Assembly: GCA_020721585.1 (NCBI GenBank)
Contig: DYMK01000020.1
Location: 1 to 27,286 of the forward strand
Source: Sulfuricurvum sp.
Lineage (GTDB): Bacteria > Campylobacterota > Campylobacteria > Campylobacterales > Sulfurimonadaceae
DNA length: 27,286 nucleotides
Direction of reading: 5' to 3'
Shown: positions 17,008-24,421 of the stretch, one piece after another
How positions within the stretch are numbered: position 1 is the first letter of the stretch
How the letters are laid out: each line of letters starts with the position of its first letter
Position numbers and translations under genes: made by a program
The notes under the pieces: generated by a model
What the model saw: the letters and a program-made list of their open reading frames with translations, nothing else
Told to the model about the DNA's origin: nothing
Databases searched by the model: none

Positions 17008-17034
17008 GGCAAATATTTTTACACTGGGGTCTCC

Positions 17035-17400
17035 GTGTTACATCACTATGAAGTAGAGTTTGTCGAACTTGATAACGGAGTTAAGCCTTTTGAATCGTTC
17101 ATAGAATCACTGGAAGAAGAGGTTCAAGCAGAAGTTTTTGCCACTATTGATGATTTTATTTACAAAAAAAATTATGCGCTAAAAATTAAAGAAAATCTTT
17201 CAAAATTATTGGAAGATGGTATTTTTGAATTGAGAACAACCTTTGCTGATGGAATAGCACGAACGCTTTACTTTTATCTTAGTGGTAAGCGTGTTATAAT
17301 CACACATGGATTTATAAAAAAGTCGCAAAAAACTCCGCGACAAGAAATAGACCGCGCCAAGGCGCTTCGCTTAGCTCATACAAAAAAGGGGAGCCAATGA
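17035..17400 (+). CDS. higB: Type II toxin, RelE/ParE superfamily, HigB / phage Gp49-like (DUF891) branch
   Basis: The C-terminal block ..GIFELRTTFADGIARTLYFYLSGKRVIITHGFIKKSQKTPRQEIDRAKALR matches the Gp49/HigB signature (..YRILYFF..GxxIVLLHGFxKKTQKTPxxEIxxA). A GTG at 17035 downstream of the promoter, with a GGGG-containing SD, gives a 121-aa product of the usual size. The track start at 16978 was rejected. Confidence 0.75.
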   Translation: MLHHYEVEFVELDNGVKPFESFIESLEEEVQAEVFATIDDFIYKKNYALKIKENLSKLLEDGIFELRTTFADGIARTLYFYLSGKRVIITHGFIKKSQKTPRQEIDRAKALRLAHTKKGSQ

Positions 17401-17570
17401 CGAACTATGAACAATTAAAAGCAAAAAAAATGGAAAGTCCTTCGTTTAAAAGGTTTTATGATCTCGCGATGATACGTAGAAAACGGGGATTAGTTGTTTC
17501 AAATCGCAAATCTTCACGTCTTTTGATTTCCAAAAATCTTTCTCTTTCTGCGCAATTAAAAGCCATTTAA
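17397..17570 (+). CDS. Putative cognate antitoxin, apparently internally truncated HigA/XRE-like (57 aa)
   Basis: ATGA-coupled to the toxin stop. The N-terminus MTNYEQLKAKKMESPSFKRFYDLAMIRRKRGL resembles HigA N-termini. The expected HTH helices are replaced by a short segment, VVSNRKSSRLLISKNLSLSAQLKAI. The product is below the track's size cutoff. Confidence 0.35.
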   Translation: MTNYEQLKAKKMESPSFKRFYDLAMIRRKRGLVVSNRKSSRLLISKNLSLSAQLKAI

Positions 17571-17616
17571 CTCATCCAAAAAGAATAAGTTTATAGTAAA
17601 AACGTGAGGTTTGTAT

Positions 17617-18597
17617 ATGGGTATGTGGGATGGGGTAAAACGGCAATTACGTTCGGTGATCGAGTGGGAAAATCCCCATCCAAATGACCTTTTTTACCGA
17701 TGGAGTGACAACGGCGATGAGATCAAAAACGCGTCGCGCTTGATCGTTTCTGCGGGGCAGGGGTGTATTTTCGTCTACGAGGGGAGTGTGCAGGGGGTCT
17801 TTTTAGAGGAGGGGATCATCACCCTTGAGACCGACAATATCCCTTTTTGGACAACCTTGACCAAAGTGATGCAAAGCTTTGAGAGTGAACACAAAGTGGG
17901 GATCTATTTTTTCAAAAAAACACTCATGGTTGACCAGAAGTGGGGAACCCTCTCCCCCATCAAATACGATGATCCCAAATATCAATTTCCCGTAGCCCTT
18001 GTCGCGTATGGCAATTACAGTTTTCGGATTAGTGATCCACGATCTTTTTTTGTGAGTATTGTGGGGGGGCAAGCTTCGTATCGTATCGATGAATTTCGCA
18101 CCATGATGAATGGTCGACTCAATGAATCAATTGCCCATTATTTGGCGAATGCTCACCTCTCATACGCCCACATTGACGCGCAGCGACAACACCTTTCGGA
18201 TGAATTGGAAAAAGCCCTTTCGCATGAGTTTGAGACTTTGGGATTTGTCTTAACCGATTTTCGCATTGAGGGGAATGACTTCGATAGCGCAACCCAAGAG
18301 CGTATCGGAAAAATTGCCGATATTGCCGCTGATGTCCACGGTGCGACCCTTGCTGGGGTGAGTTATACCCAACTTCAACGCCTTGAAGCGATGAAAGAAG
18401 CAGCCTCCAATCAAGCCGGAACAGCAGGGATGATGATGGGAATGAGTGCTGGACATTCTTTGGGGTCGGAGATGGTTCAAGACGCACCCCCAACCCCCAA
18501 AGAGCGATTGCTGGAACTCAAAGCGTTGTTCGAGGAGGAGCTTATCACCCAAGAGGAGTACACCTCCAAAAAAAGTGCCATCTTAGCGACTTTATAA
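17617..18597 (+). CDS. SPFH/Band-7-like protein of the YdjI ('putative virion core protein') family with C-terminal SHOCT domain
   Basis: The N-terminus MGMWDGVKRQLRSVIEWENP is typical of YdjI-family proteins. The C-terminal RLLELKALFEEELITQEEYTSKKSAILATL is a SHOCT-type short C-terminal domain. ATG at 17617 with a GAGGT SD 6 nt upstream; the track's TTG at 17611 is less likely. Confidence 0.7.
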   Translation: MGMWDGVKRQLRSVIEWENPHPNDLFYRWSDNGDEIKNASRLIVSAGQGCIFVYEGSVQGVFLEEGIITLETDNIPFWTTLTKVMQSFESEHKVGIYFFKKTLMVDQKWGTLSPIKYDDPKYQFPVALVAYGNYSFRISDPRSFFVSIVGGQASYRIDEFRTMMNGRLNESIAHYLANAHLSYAHIDAQRQHLSDELEKALSHEFETLGFVLTDFRIEGNDFDSATQERIGKIADIAADVHGATLAGVSYTQLQRLEAMKEAASNQAGTAGMMMGMSAGHSLGSEMVQDAPPTPKERLLELKALFEEELITQEEYTSKKSAILATL

Positions 18598-19244
18598 TGG
18601 CGAAGTGTACCTATTGCTCCGCCCCTTTGCCCCGAAATAGCATCATCTGTGACTATTGTGGGGTACGAAACGATATTGAACTCACCCCCAACGTAGGGCA
18701 TACCCTCCCCCAAAGTAAGCGGATGTGTCCTGATTGTTTGGTCTATTTGGAGAGTATTGATATTGGTCAAACGGATCGGTTTATCGTCGAAAAATGTTCT
18801 CGCTGTTACGGTCTCTTTTTTGATGTGCATGAGTTAGAGACCCTATTAACCCAGTCCGTAGGGACGTTTTGGATTGATCACCAAAAACTTTATTCTCTCA
18901 CCCAACACCCCTTGCACAAAGATAGTGTCATCTATCGCAAATGTCCTGAGTGTTCCAAACTGATGCACCGTAAAAATTATATGAACCGCTCAGGGGTGAT
19001 TATGGATGTCTGTGTTGAGCATGGGATTTGGTTGGATGCGGGGGAACTTAAGCAAATCCAAGAGTGGAGAGCCTTAGGGGGAGAAGCACTTGTCCAACAA
19101 GGGCTGGCGATGGAAGAAACCCCATCCGCCAAAAGGGAAAAAATTCCCACGCCATCTTCGACTCCACCCACCCCCCAATCGTTGGAGGAAGCACTGGTTG
19201 AGAGTGCGTTTGACCTCTTGACTCGAGTGTTACGACATTTTTGA
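18597..19244 (+). CDS. Triple zinc-ribbon protein (TFIIB-type zf-ribbon modules; YdjG-like)
   Basis: CTYCSAPLPRNSIICDYCG; CPDCLVYLESIDIGQTDRFIVEKCSRCYGLFFDVHELETLL; CPECSKLMHRKNYMNRSGVIMDVCVEHGIWLDAGELKQI, i.e. CxxC..(x15-20)..CxxC with a ..G.W.D.GEL.. tail. A Pro/Thr-rich acidic C-terminus follows. The start codon overlaps the upstream stop by 1 nt (TAATG). Confidence 0.65.
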   Translation: MAKCTYCSAPLPRNSIICDYCGVRNDIELTPNVGHTLPQSKRMCPDCLVYLESIDIGQTDRFIVEKCSRCYGLFFDVHELETLLTQSVGTFWIDHQKLYSLTQHPLHKDSVIYRKCPECSKLMHRKNYMNRSGVIMDVCVEHGIWLDAGELKQIQEWRALGGEALVQQGLAMEETPSAKREKIPTPSSTPPTPQSLEEALVESAFDLLTRVLRHF

Positions 19245-19298
19245 GCTTGCTTTTTTAGCGACCCTTTGTGGTAGTATAAAAATAGGGTATTCTATGGG

Positions 19299-20105
19299 TT
19301 AAGGTGCAATTAAAAAAACGACTTCAAGGGTGACAAGTAATAATTGAAAGGACAAAATGGCTGTTGTGCCAATGATATTACCTATTTGACAGCTTGTACA
19401 CTGTTTATATTGTCGAGATTCATAAATTGCATAAAAGAAATAAGCAAGCATCAACAGTGGAACTGAGATGAGCAGATACGTATCAATGGTATATGTTAGT
19501 CTATGCAAAGAAACGGAACCGAAAATAGGGATAACAAAACTCAATGCGACAAGCCCCATCACATATCGTGCAGCTCGTTTAAAATAATCACGGACAAATA
19601 CAACTGGGCATGATCCTGCATTGGCGACAAGCCCATAGGTGAGGTAATCATTGATCCGTTCTCTTGTCTCTTGGTCAACACGATCAACAAAAGTACTTCC
19701 AAAACAATAATCAAGTTGTTGTTGAAAAATACGAGCAATGTCTCCTTGTAATGTGGTATACGATGGATTTCCATTAACATCTTCATAAATGATTGTTATC
19801 TCTTCAAAGCGATCAACTGCGGCAGTAAGTCCATCATAATAAATACTTTTTTCTGTTTTTATTGAATTTTCTGAACCTTTTATAATACGTGAGTTTATAT
19901 ACGAAAAATATTCGTCAGCAATTTTTAAAACAATAATATTGTATTGAAGACCAATGAAAATAGCACTAAGTGCATCTAATTCATGCGCTTTCATGGTATC
20001 AATCATATCCGTAATCCATTGATGTACTTCATCATTAAATGTGCGGACATCTGCAGAAATTAATCGAATGCGTGAATCCGGATAGGTAAGCAATGGCTGT
20101 ATCAT
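19299..20105 (-). CDS. Peptide-deformylase-like (catalytically degenerate) domain fused to a C-terminal 3-TM membrane domain
   Basis: The N-terminal roughly 170 aa align with Def: MIQPLLTYPDSRIRLISADV.., motif-I-like ALSAIFIGLQYNIIVL (GLAAPQIGVSKRIIVI in Def), and motif-III-like DIARIFQQQLDYCFGSTFVDRV ([22 protein letters not shown] in Def). The Cys and both His metal ligands and the catalytic Glu are substituted. The C-terminus has three hydrophobic helices and CTSCQ. Preferred start is the ATG at 20105 with an AAAGGG SD; the track's 20138 is a TTG. Confidence 0.6.
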   Translation of the reverse strand: MIQPLLTYPDSRIRLISADVRTFNDEVHQWITDMIDTMKAHELDALSAIFIGLQYNIIVLKIADEYFSYINSRIIKGSENSIKTEKSIYYDGLTAAVDRFEEITIIYEDVNGNPSYTTLQGDIARIFQQQLDYCFGSTFVDRVDQETRERINDYLTYGLVANAGSCPVVFVRDYFKRAARYVMGLVALSFVIPIFGSVSLHRLTYTIDTYLLISVPLLMLAYFFYAIYESRQYKQCTSCQIGNIIGTTAILSFQLLLVTLEVVFLIAP

Positions 20106-20344
20106 GTAGACCCTTTTAATGACTTTTTTTGACAACAATTAGCATTTTTACATTCAATATAATAAAACGAATGAATTGCCATATCTTACACGTACGGAAA
20201 AAAAGTACCCATTTATCCGGTTTCATGACCATACTAAAATCATGGTTGTCCGAAAAATATTTTTGTTCACTGCCCATCTAAACTCCTTTTATGAGTATTA
20301 ACGAATAGCGTAAAGCTACACTTTCTGTTTTTGAATTATAGAGC

Positions 20345-20435
20345 ATAATTCTTATATCTTTATTAAGTAGATTTGAAGCATTCAAGCATTGGTTATTATA
20401 GGCGATGTATAATTCTTATATCGGTATTCAGTAAG
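20345..20435. promoter_or_regulatory. Pair of about 26-bp direct repeats in the AT-rich divergent intergenic region (candidate operator/promoter elements for the merR-like and def-like genes)
   Basis: ataattcttatatctttattaagtag (20345-20370) and ataattcttatatcggtattcagtaag (20409-20435) share a 14-nt exact core, ataattcttatatc. They sit just upstream of the merR-like RBS AAGGAG. Confidence 0.3.
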
Positions 20436-20442
20436 GAGATAT

Positions 20443-21129
20443 GTGAATTATAAAATATCAGAACTAGTGGCACTTACCCATATTCCAAAATCCACTATTT
20501 TATACTATATCAAAGAAGGACTTCTTCCCGAAGCAGAAAAGTTAAAGTCTAATGTTCATCGTTACAATGAAGAACATATTGAACTTATAAAATATATAAA
20601 ATATATGCAACAAGAGATGGGGAGTTCCATCGAACAGATCAAGGGGATTTTGCAAAATAAAAATCAATCAATGGCTAGCTCATTTTCGATGCTTGCACCT
20701 CTTATGGAAACATTAAGTGGAATTTCTGCAACCGCTAAACATTACACCAAAAAAGAGTTTATTGATTATTTTGATATTGATCCTACCTTGTTTGAACAAC
20801 TTTTAAAAGATGGTATTTTGGTTCCAACGGGACAAAATGATTTTACCGATAAAGAAGTTTCTATCATTCGTTTGGTAGAAGACTATATTGAAATTGGTCT
20901 TGACTACACATTATTAAAAGCGTATGTTGATCAAGCAAAAGTACTGGCTAATTTAGAGTGTCAATTGCAAAAGCAACTTTGTAAAAAGCGGACGGATGAA
21001 AACTTTTCAACACTTTGGAAAATTATGTTTGAAACGCTTTTTAATGCTAAATCCTATCTTTTCAGCCGTTTAACACATCAAGAATTGATGGAAGTTTTAC
21101 AGGAAGAAATTCGTCAAAAAAAGGGGTGA
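20443..21129 (+). CDS. MerR-family transcriptional regulator
   Basis: N-terminal MerR-type HTH (YKISELVALTHIPKSTILYYIKEGLLP) followed by a roughly 150-aa helical effector region. GTG start 4 nt after AAGGAG. Divergent from the def-like gene. Confidence 0.65.
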   Translation: MNYKISELVALTHIPKSTILYYIKEGLLPEAEKLKSNVHRYNEEHIELIKYIKYMQQEMGSSIEQIKGILQNKNQSMASSFSMLAPLMETLSGISATAKHYTKKEFIDYFDIDPTLFEQLLKDGILVPTGQNDFTDKEVSIIRLVEDYIEIGLDYTLLKAYVDQAKVLANLECQLQKQLCKKRTDENFSTLWKIMFETLFNAKSYLFSRLTHQELMEVLQEEIRQKKG

Positions 21130-21238
21130 TGGTTCATCGTATGAATAAAAATCTTTATGTGATCTTCTTTACTGTAACCTTGCTTTTTTTTTGGCAATTG
21201 TGTTATGCTAAGAAGACAGACCAACATGAGGAATTTTT

Positions 21239-21736
21239 ATGGCATCCGAACACTCTTTAGACATCTCCGCAAAAATCGATCTCCAAGCATTTAAAGATGC
21301 AATCGCTCAAGCCGAAAAAGAGGCCGCTGGACGATACGACTTTAAGGGGATTACCTACGAAATCAACTACCGCGAAAAAGAAAAACAGCTCATTCTCATG
21401 GCATCCAGTGACAACAAACTTGATGCCCTCAAAGACGTGGTGATCGGCAAATTGATCAAACGGGGACTTTCGTCCAAAGCCCTTGAAGAGCTAAAAACCG
21501 AAGACTCCAGTGGGGGAACGCGCAAAACAACCTACAAAATCGTCGATACCATTGACGCAAAAGAGGCGAAAAAAATCGTCGCTGAGATCAAAAATCTCAA
21601 AACCAAAGCCAGTGTTGCCATCGAGGGAGAACACATTCGGCTCAAATCCAAACAAATCGATGAACTTCAAAAAATTATGGCGCACATCAAAGGGATGGAG
21701 TGGGAAGCGCCTTTGGTCTTCGATAATTTTCGGTAA
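21239..21736 (+). CDS. yajQ: YajQ-family (UPF0234) nucleotide/c-di-GMP-binding protein
   Basis: 165 aa. ..DISAKIDLQAFKDAIAQAEKEAAGRYDFKGITYEINY.. matches the YajQ N-terminus (SFDIVSEVD..N..QA.KE...RYDFKG). Size is typical. GAGGA SD 7 nt upstream. Confidence 0.8.
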   Translation: MASEHSLDISAKIDLQAFKDAIAQAEKEAAGRYDFKGITYEINYREKEKQLILMASSDNKLDALKDVVIGKLIKRGLSSKALEELKTEDSSGGTRKTTYKIVDTIDAKEAKKIVAEIKNLKTKASVAIEGEHIRLKSKQIDELQKIMAHIKGMEWEAPLVFDNFR

Positions 21737-21742
21737 GGTTCA

Positions 21743-21766
21743 GGGGGTAAGTTTCCCCCATATTTT
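21743..21766 (+). terminator. Rho-independent terminator-like hairpin after yajQ
   Basis: ggggg-taagttt-ccccc followed by atatttt. Seen directly. Confidence 0.4.
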
Positions 21767-21774
21767 GCTATAAT
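21766..21774 (+). promoter_or_regulatory. Extended -10 element (TGcTATAAT) upstream of the small membrane ORF and addB
   Basis: ttTGcTATAATcac read directly. No obvious -35, which is acceptable for extended -10 promoters. Confidence 0.3.
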
Positions 21775-21788
21775 CACCCCAAAAAAGG

Positions 21789-22076
21789 GTGATGATTATG
21801 GGATTAATAGCATGGGTCAATGACGAAAATAATCAAAAAGCGTTGAAATTTATCGGTTCAGGGATTGTGGCGGTGGTCGCAACCGTATGGATGGGATACA
21901 AAGAGTTCGTGACGACAGCTACCCCCTCCGCTCCGGTGGAACTCAATGCCTCTGCGCAAGCGGTTGCCCCTGAAGTCAATGCTTCTGCACCTGTACCGCA
22001 AAGTGTGAGTGCGGATAATGGGGCAAATGCGGCAGCCGTTTCAGGCACTGGCAACAGTATTAGCTTCGGAAATTAA
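21789..22076 (+). CDS. Small single-TM protein with Ala/Pro-rich repeated tail, hypothetical
   Basis: The likely start is the ATG at 21798, 8 nt after AAGGG. One TM helix (ALKFIGSGIVAVVATVWMGY). Tail has a duplicated segment: ELNASAQAVAPE / VNASAPVPQS. Stop is 2 nt before addB. Confidence 0.4.
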   Translation: MMIMGLIAWVNDENNQKALKFIGSGIVAVVATVWMGYKEFVTTATPSAPVELNASAQAVAPEVNASAPVPQSVSADNGANAAAVSGTGNSISFGN

Positions 22077-22078
22077 CG

Positions 22079-24415
22079 ATGAAACAAACGCTTCACGTTT
22101 TCCCCTCTTCCCGTGCTATTCGGGATCACGTGACCCAAATACGGGAGGGATTTTTGCCCACCCTTATGGGGATGGGGGACTTTATCGATCGGGTTATCCT
22201 CAGTGACCATCTCATCACCCCTGATGATGATTTGCGTCTGTTAGCCTTGCATGAAGCGTCCAATTTTAGTGCCTTTGAGGGGTTGTCGATTGAGCGCAAC
22301 TTCTTTACATTTATCCAAAACTCCACCTATATCTTCCGTTTTTTTGAGGAACTCTCCACCGAGATGGTTGCTATTGAGGCGTTGGAGGGGGCGGATTTAT
22401 ACGGTGAGTATGAAGAACATATCGCTATTTTAAAACAGCTGTGGCACAGTTATGGGACGCTAACCCGTGCTAGAGGGTGGAATGATCCCATCTTTTCCAA
22501 ATCGACCATCACCTTGCATGAGGGGTACGTACGCCGTTTTGAAACTATCACGATCTACGTTGAGGGGTATTTGAGCCGTTATGAGTTGTCGGTGTTGCGC
22601 GCGTGTGCGACCATCACCCCTGTCCTGTGCCATTACCATGCCACGGCGTTTAATGACAAAATGTCTCACCGTTGGCGCGAGGAGGGGTTTGCGATTGAAG
22701 AAGGGTACACCTACACCCTTAATCTCCAGACCAAGACCATCCTCTCTGCCTCCCCCTTGCCCCAAGTGACCCATGTGACGTGCGAGGTGTTTGGGAGTCG
22801 AATGGTGCAAATGGGGTTTATCAAAGGACACATTGCCCAAATGGTTGACCAAGGGATTGCCCCCGAAAAAATTGTGGTTGTCCTCCCCGATGAGTCGTTT
22901 GTCCCCTATTGTCAGCTGTTTGATCCGGAAGCGAATTTCAATTTTGCCATGGGTCTTTCGTTGGAAAACGAGGAGGTGATACGCCACATTGAAGCCATTG
23001 AGCTGTACCTCAATGAACACAGTGTCGAAAATACCCAACGTCTTGCCAAGGTTCCCCACGCATGGACGCAGTGGCTCATCGACCACTATTATCGCCCCTT
23101 TGGGTATGATGACCTTAAAGCGGTGTGTGCCATGATGATAGAATCAGCACGCCGTGACGAGGTCAAAACGATTCTCCAAGAAGAGTGTGATAAATTTGCC
23201 CCCCTTGTCCCCGCCCTTGAAGCGTACGAATTTAAATCGGCGTTGCGTATCTACCTCTCCCGCGTAAAAAGCCGTACCATCGATGATGTCCAAGGGGGGA
23301 AAATCACGGTCATGGGGGTCTTAGAGACCCGTGGTGTCACCTTTGATGGGGTGATTGTGGTCGATTTCAACGAAGGGTACGCCCCCCACAAGAGTCAAAA
23401 AGATCTCTTTTTAAACACCCAAACCCGTAAGATGGCAGATTTGCCCACCACCGCTGAGCGGGAATCGCTCCAAAAACACTACTATTGGATGCTCTTTGCC
23501 CGTGCCAAAGCGGTCGCGATTGGGTGCGTTCACACCACCCAGACCCTCCCCTCACGGTTTTTGGTGCAATTGGGCATTGAAGCGCGTCCCACGACCCACG
23601 ATTATGGGGCATTGCTTTTTCCTCCGGTGGCATTTCATCCCCGTGAAGCGGAGGTGATTGAGGGGGAGTACGATTTTTGCGCCCATCCCCTCTCTGCAAG
23701 TGGCTTAAAAGCGTTTTTGAGCTGTAAACGGCAATTTTATTACCGCTACCTCCAAAAAATTCCCGAACATCGCATTGCCCAAGATTTGAGCCGTGAAGCC
23801 GATATTGGGACGAAAATTCATGCGGTGATGGAAAAAATCTACCAAGACCACGACCACTATACCGATGTAGGGTCTCTCAAAAATGCCTTTGTAAAGGCAT
23901 TGGAGTCCCAAAACCATGACGATGGGATGGAACGGTATCTCGATGCGTTGTGGAGCCAACGGCTAAACCCTTTTTATCACAACGAGATTGAGCGGTTCAA
24001 CGATACGGTCAGAGTGTTGTTTCATGAAAAAAAAGGGGAGTGCGTCGTTGAGGGGATTACATTGGTAGGACGGATGGATCGGATCGATGCGACGCTGGAG
24101 GGGTTAGAGGTGCTGGATTACAAAACGGGAAATTTTGCCGATACTTCCAAAGAACCCAGTGACAAAGAGGTCGATTATCAGTTGGCAATCTATGCCCTCC
24201 TTGCCCACCATTTGGGAACCGTGAGCCGATGTGGCTATTACGATCTCAAAACGGGTAAAATCCATTATGAACAGTTTCTGGAGGAAAAAATCGACAAATT
24301 ACGGGATATTTTACGCACGTTAGCCACCCAAAAAACATACCGATGGTCACAATGCGACACTCTCACGACGTGCCGGTATTGCCCCTATACCCTCTTATGC
24401 CAGCGGGAGGGGTAA
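22079..24415 (+). CDS. addB: AddB-type helicase-nuclease subunit (degenerate helicase N-domain, C-terminal PD-(D/E)XK nuclease with Fe-S cluster cysteines)
   Basis: 778 aa with no Walker A motif. Nuclease motif ..GRMDRIDATLEGLEVLDYKTG.. The terminal Cys array C..(x)..CRYCPYTLLC is typical of the AddB iron-staple. Confidence 0.75.
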   Translation: MKQTLHVFPSSRAIRDHVTQIREGFLPTLMGMGDFIDRVILSDHLITPDDDLRLLALHEASNFSAFEGLSIERNFFTFIQNSTYIFRFFEELSTEMVAIEALEGADLYGEYEEHIAILKQLWHSYGTLTRARGWNDPIFSKSTITLHEGYVRRFETITIYVEGYLSRYELSVLRACATITPVLCHYHATAFNDKMSHRWREEGFAIEEGYTYTLNLQTKTILSASPLPQVTHVTCEVFGSRMVQMGFIKGHIAQMVDQGIAPEKIVVVLPDESFVPYCQLFDPEANFNFAMGLSLENEEVIRHIEAIELYLNEHSVENTQRLAKVPHAWTQWLIDHYYRPFGYDDLKAVCAMMIESARRDEVKTILQEECDKFAPLVPALEAYEFKSALRIYLSRVKSRTIDDVQGGKITVMGVLETRGVTFDGVIVVDFNEGYAPHKSQKDLFLNTQTRKMADLPTTAERESLQKHYYWMLFARAKAVAIGCVHTTQTLPSRFLVQLGIEARPTTHDYGALLFPPVAFHPREAEVIEGEYDFCAHPLSASGLKAFLSCKRQFYYRYLQKIPEHRIAQDLSREADIGTKIHAVMEKIYQDHDHYTDVGSLKNAFVKALESQNHDDGMERYLDALWSQRLNPFYHNEIERFNDTVRVLFHEKKGECVVEGITLVGRMDRIDATLEGLEVLDYKTGNFADTSKEPSDKEVDYQLAIYALLAHHLGTVSRCGYYDLKTGKIHYEQFLEEKIDKLRDILRTLATQKTYRWSQCDTLTTCRYCPYTLLCQREG

Positions 24416-24421
24416 TAGCTC

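Noticed and set aside
16978-17034. Track-predicted TTG start for the HigB-like ORF
   Set aside because: The TTG at 16978 is the -35 hexamer (TTGAAA) of a TTGAAA-N18-TATAAT promoter, and toxin homology begins near the in-frame GTG at 17035.
21141-21266. 42-codon ORF with signal-peptide-like N-terminus (MNKNLYVIFFTVTLLFFWQLCYA..) between merR-like and yajQ, overlapping the yajQ start
   Set aside because: No SD, and the hydrophobicity arises from T-rich intergenic sequence. It overlaps the well-supported yajQ start in another frame. Cannot be excluded, but there is no positive evidence.
22460-23086. 208-aa reverse ORF (and other reverse ORFs of more than 100 aa at 7163-7606, 13798-14193, 16331-16780, 25553-25879)
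   Set aside because: All are antisense within strongly supported genes (addB, bcsB, sdhA-like, TGase-like, addA). They show Arg/Gly/His-rich shadow-frame composition and have no RBS.
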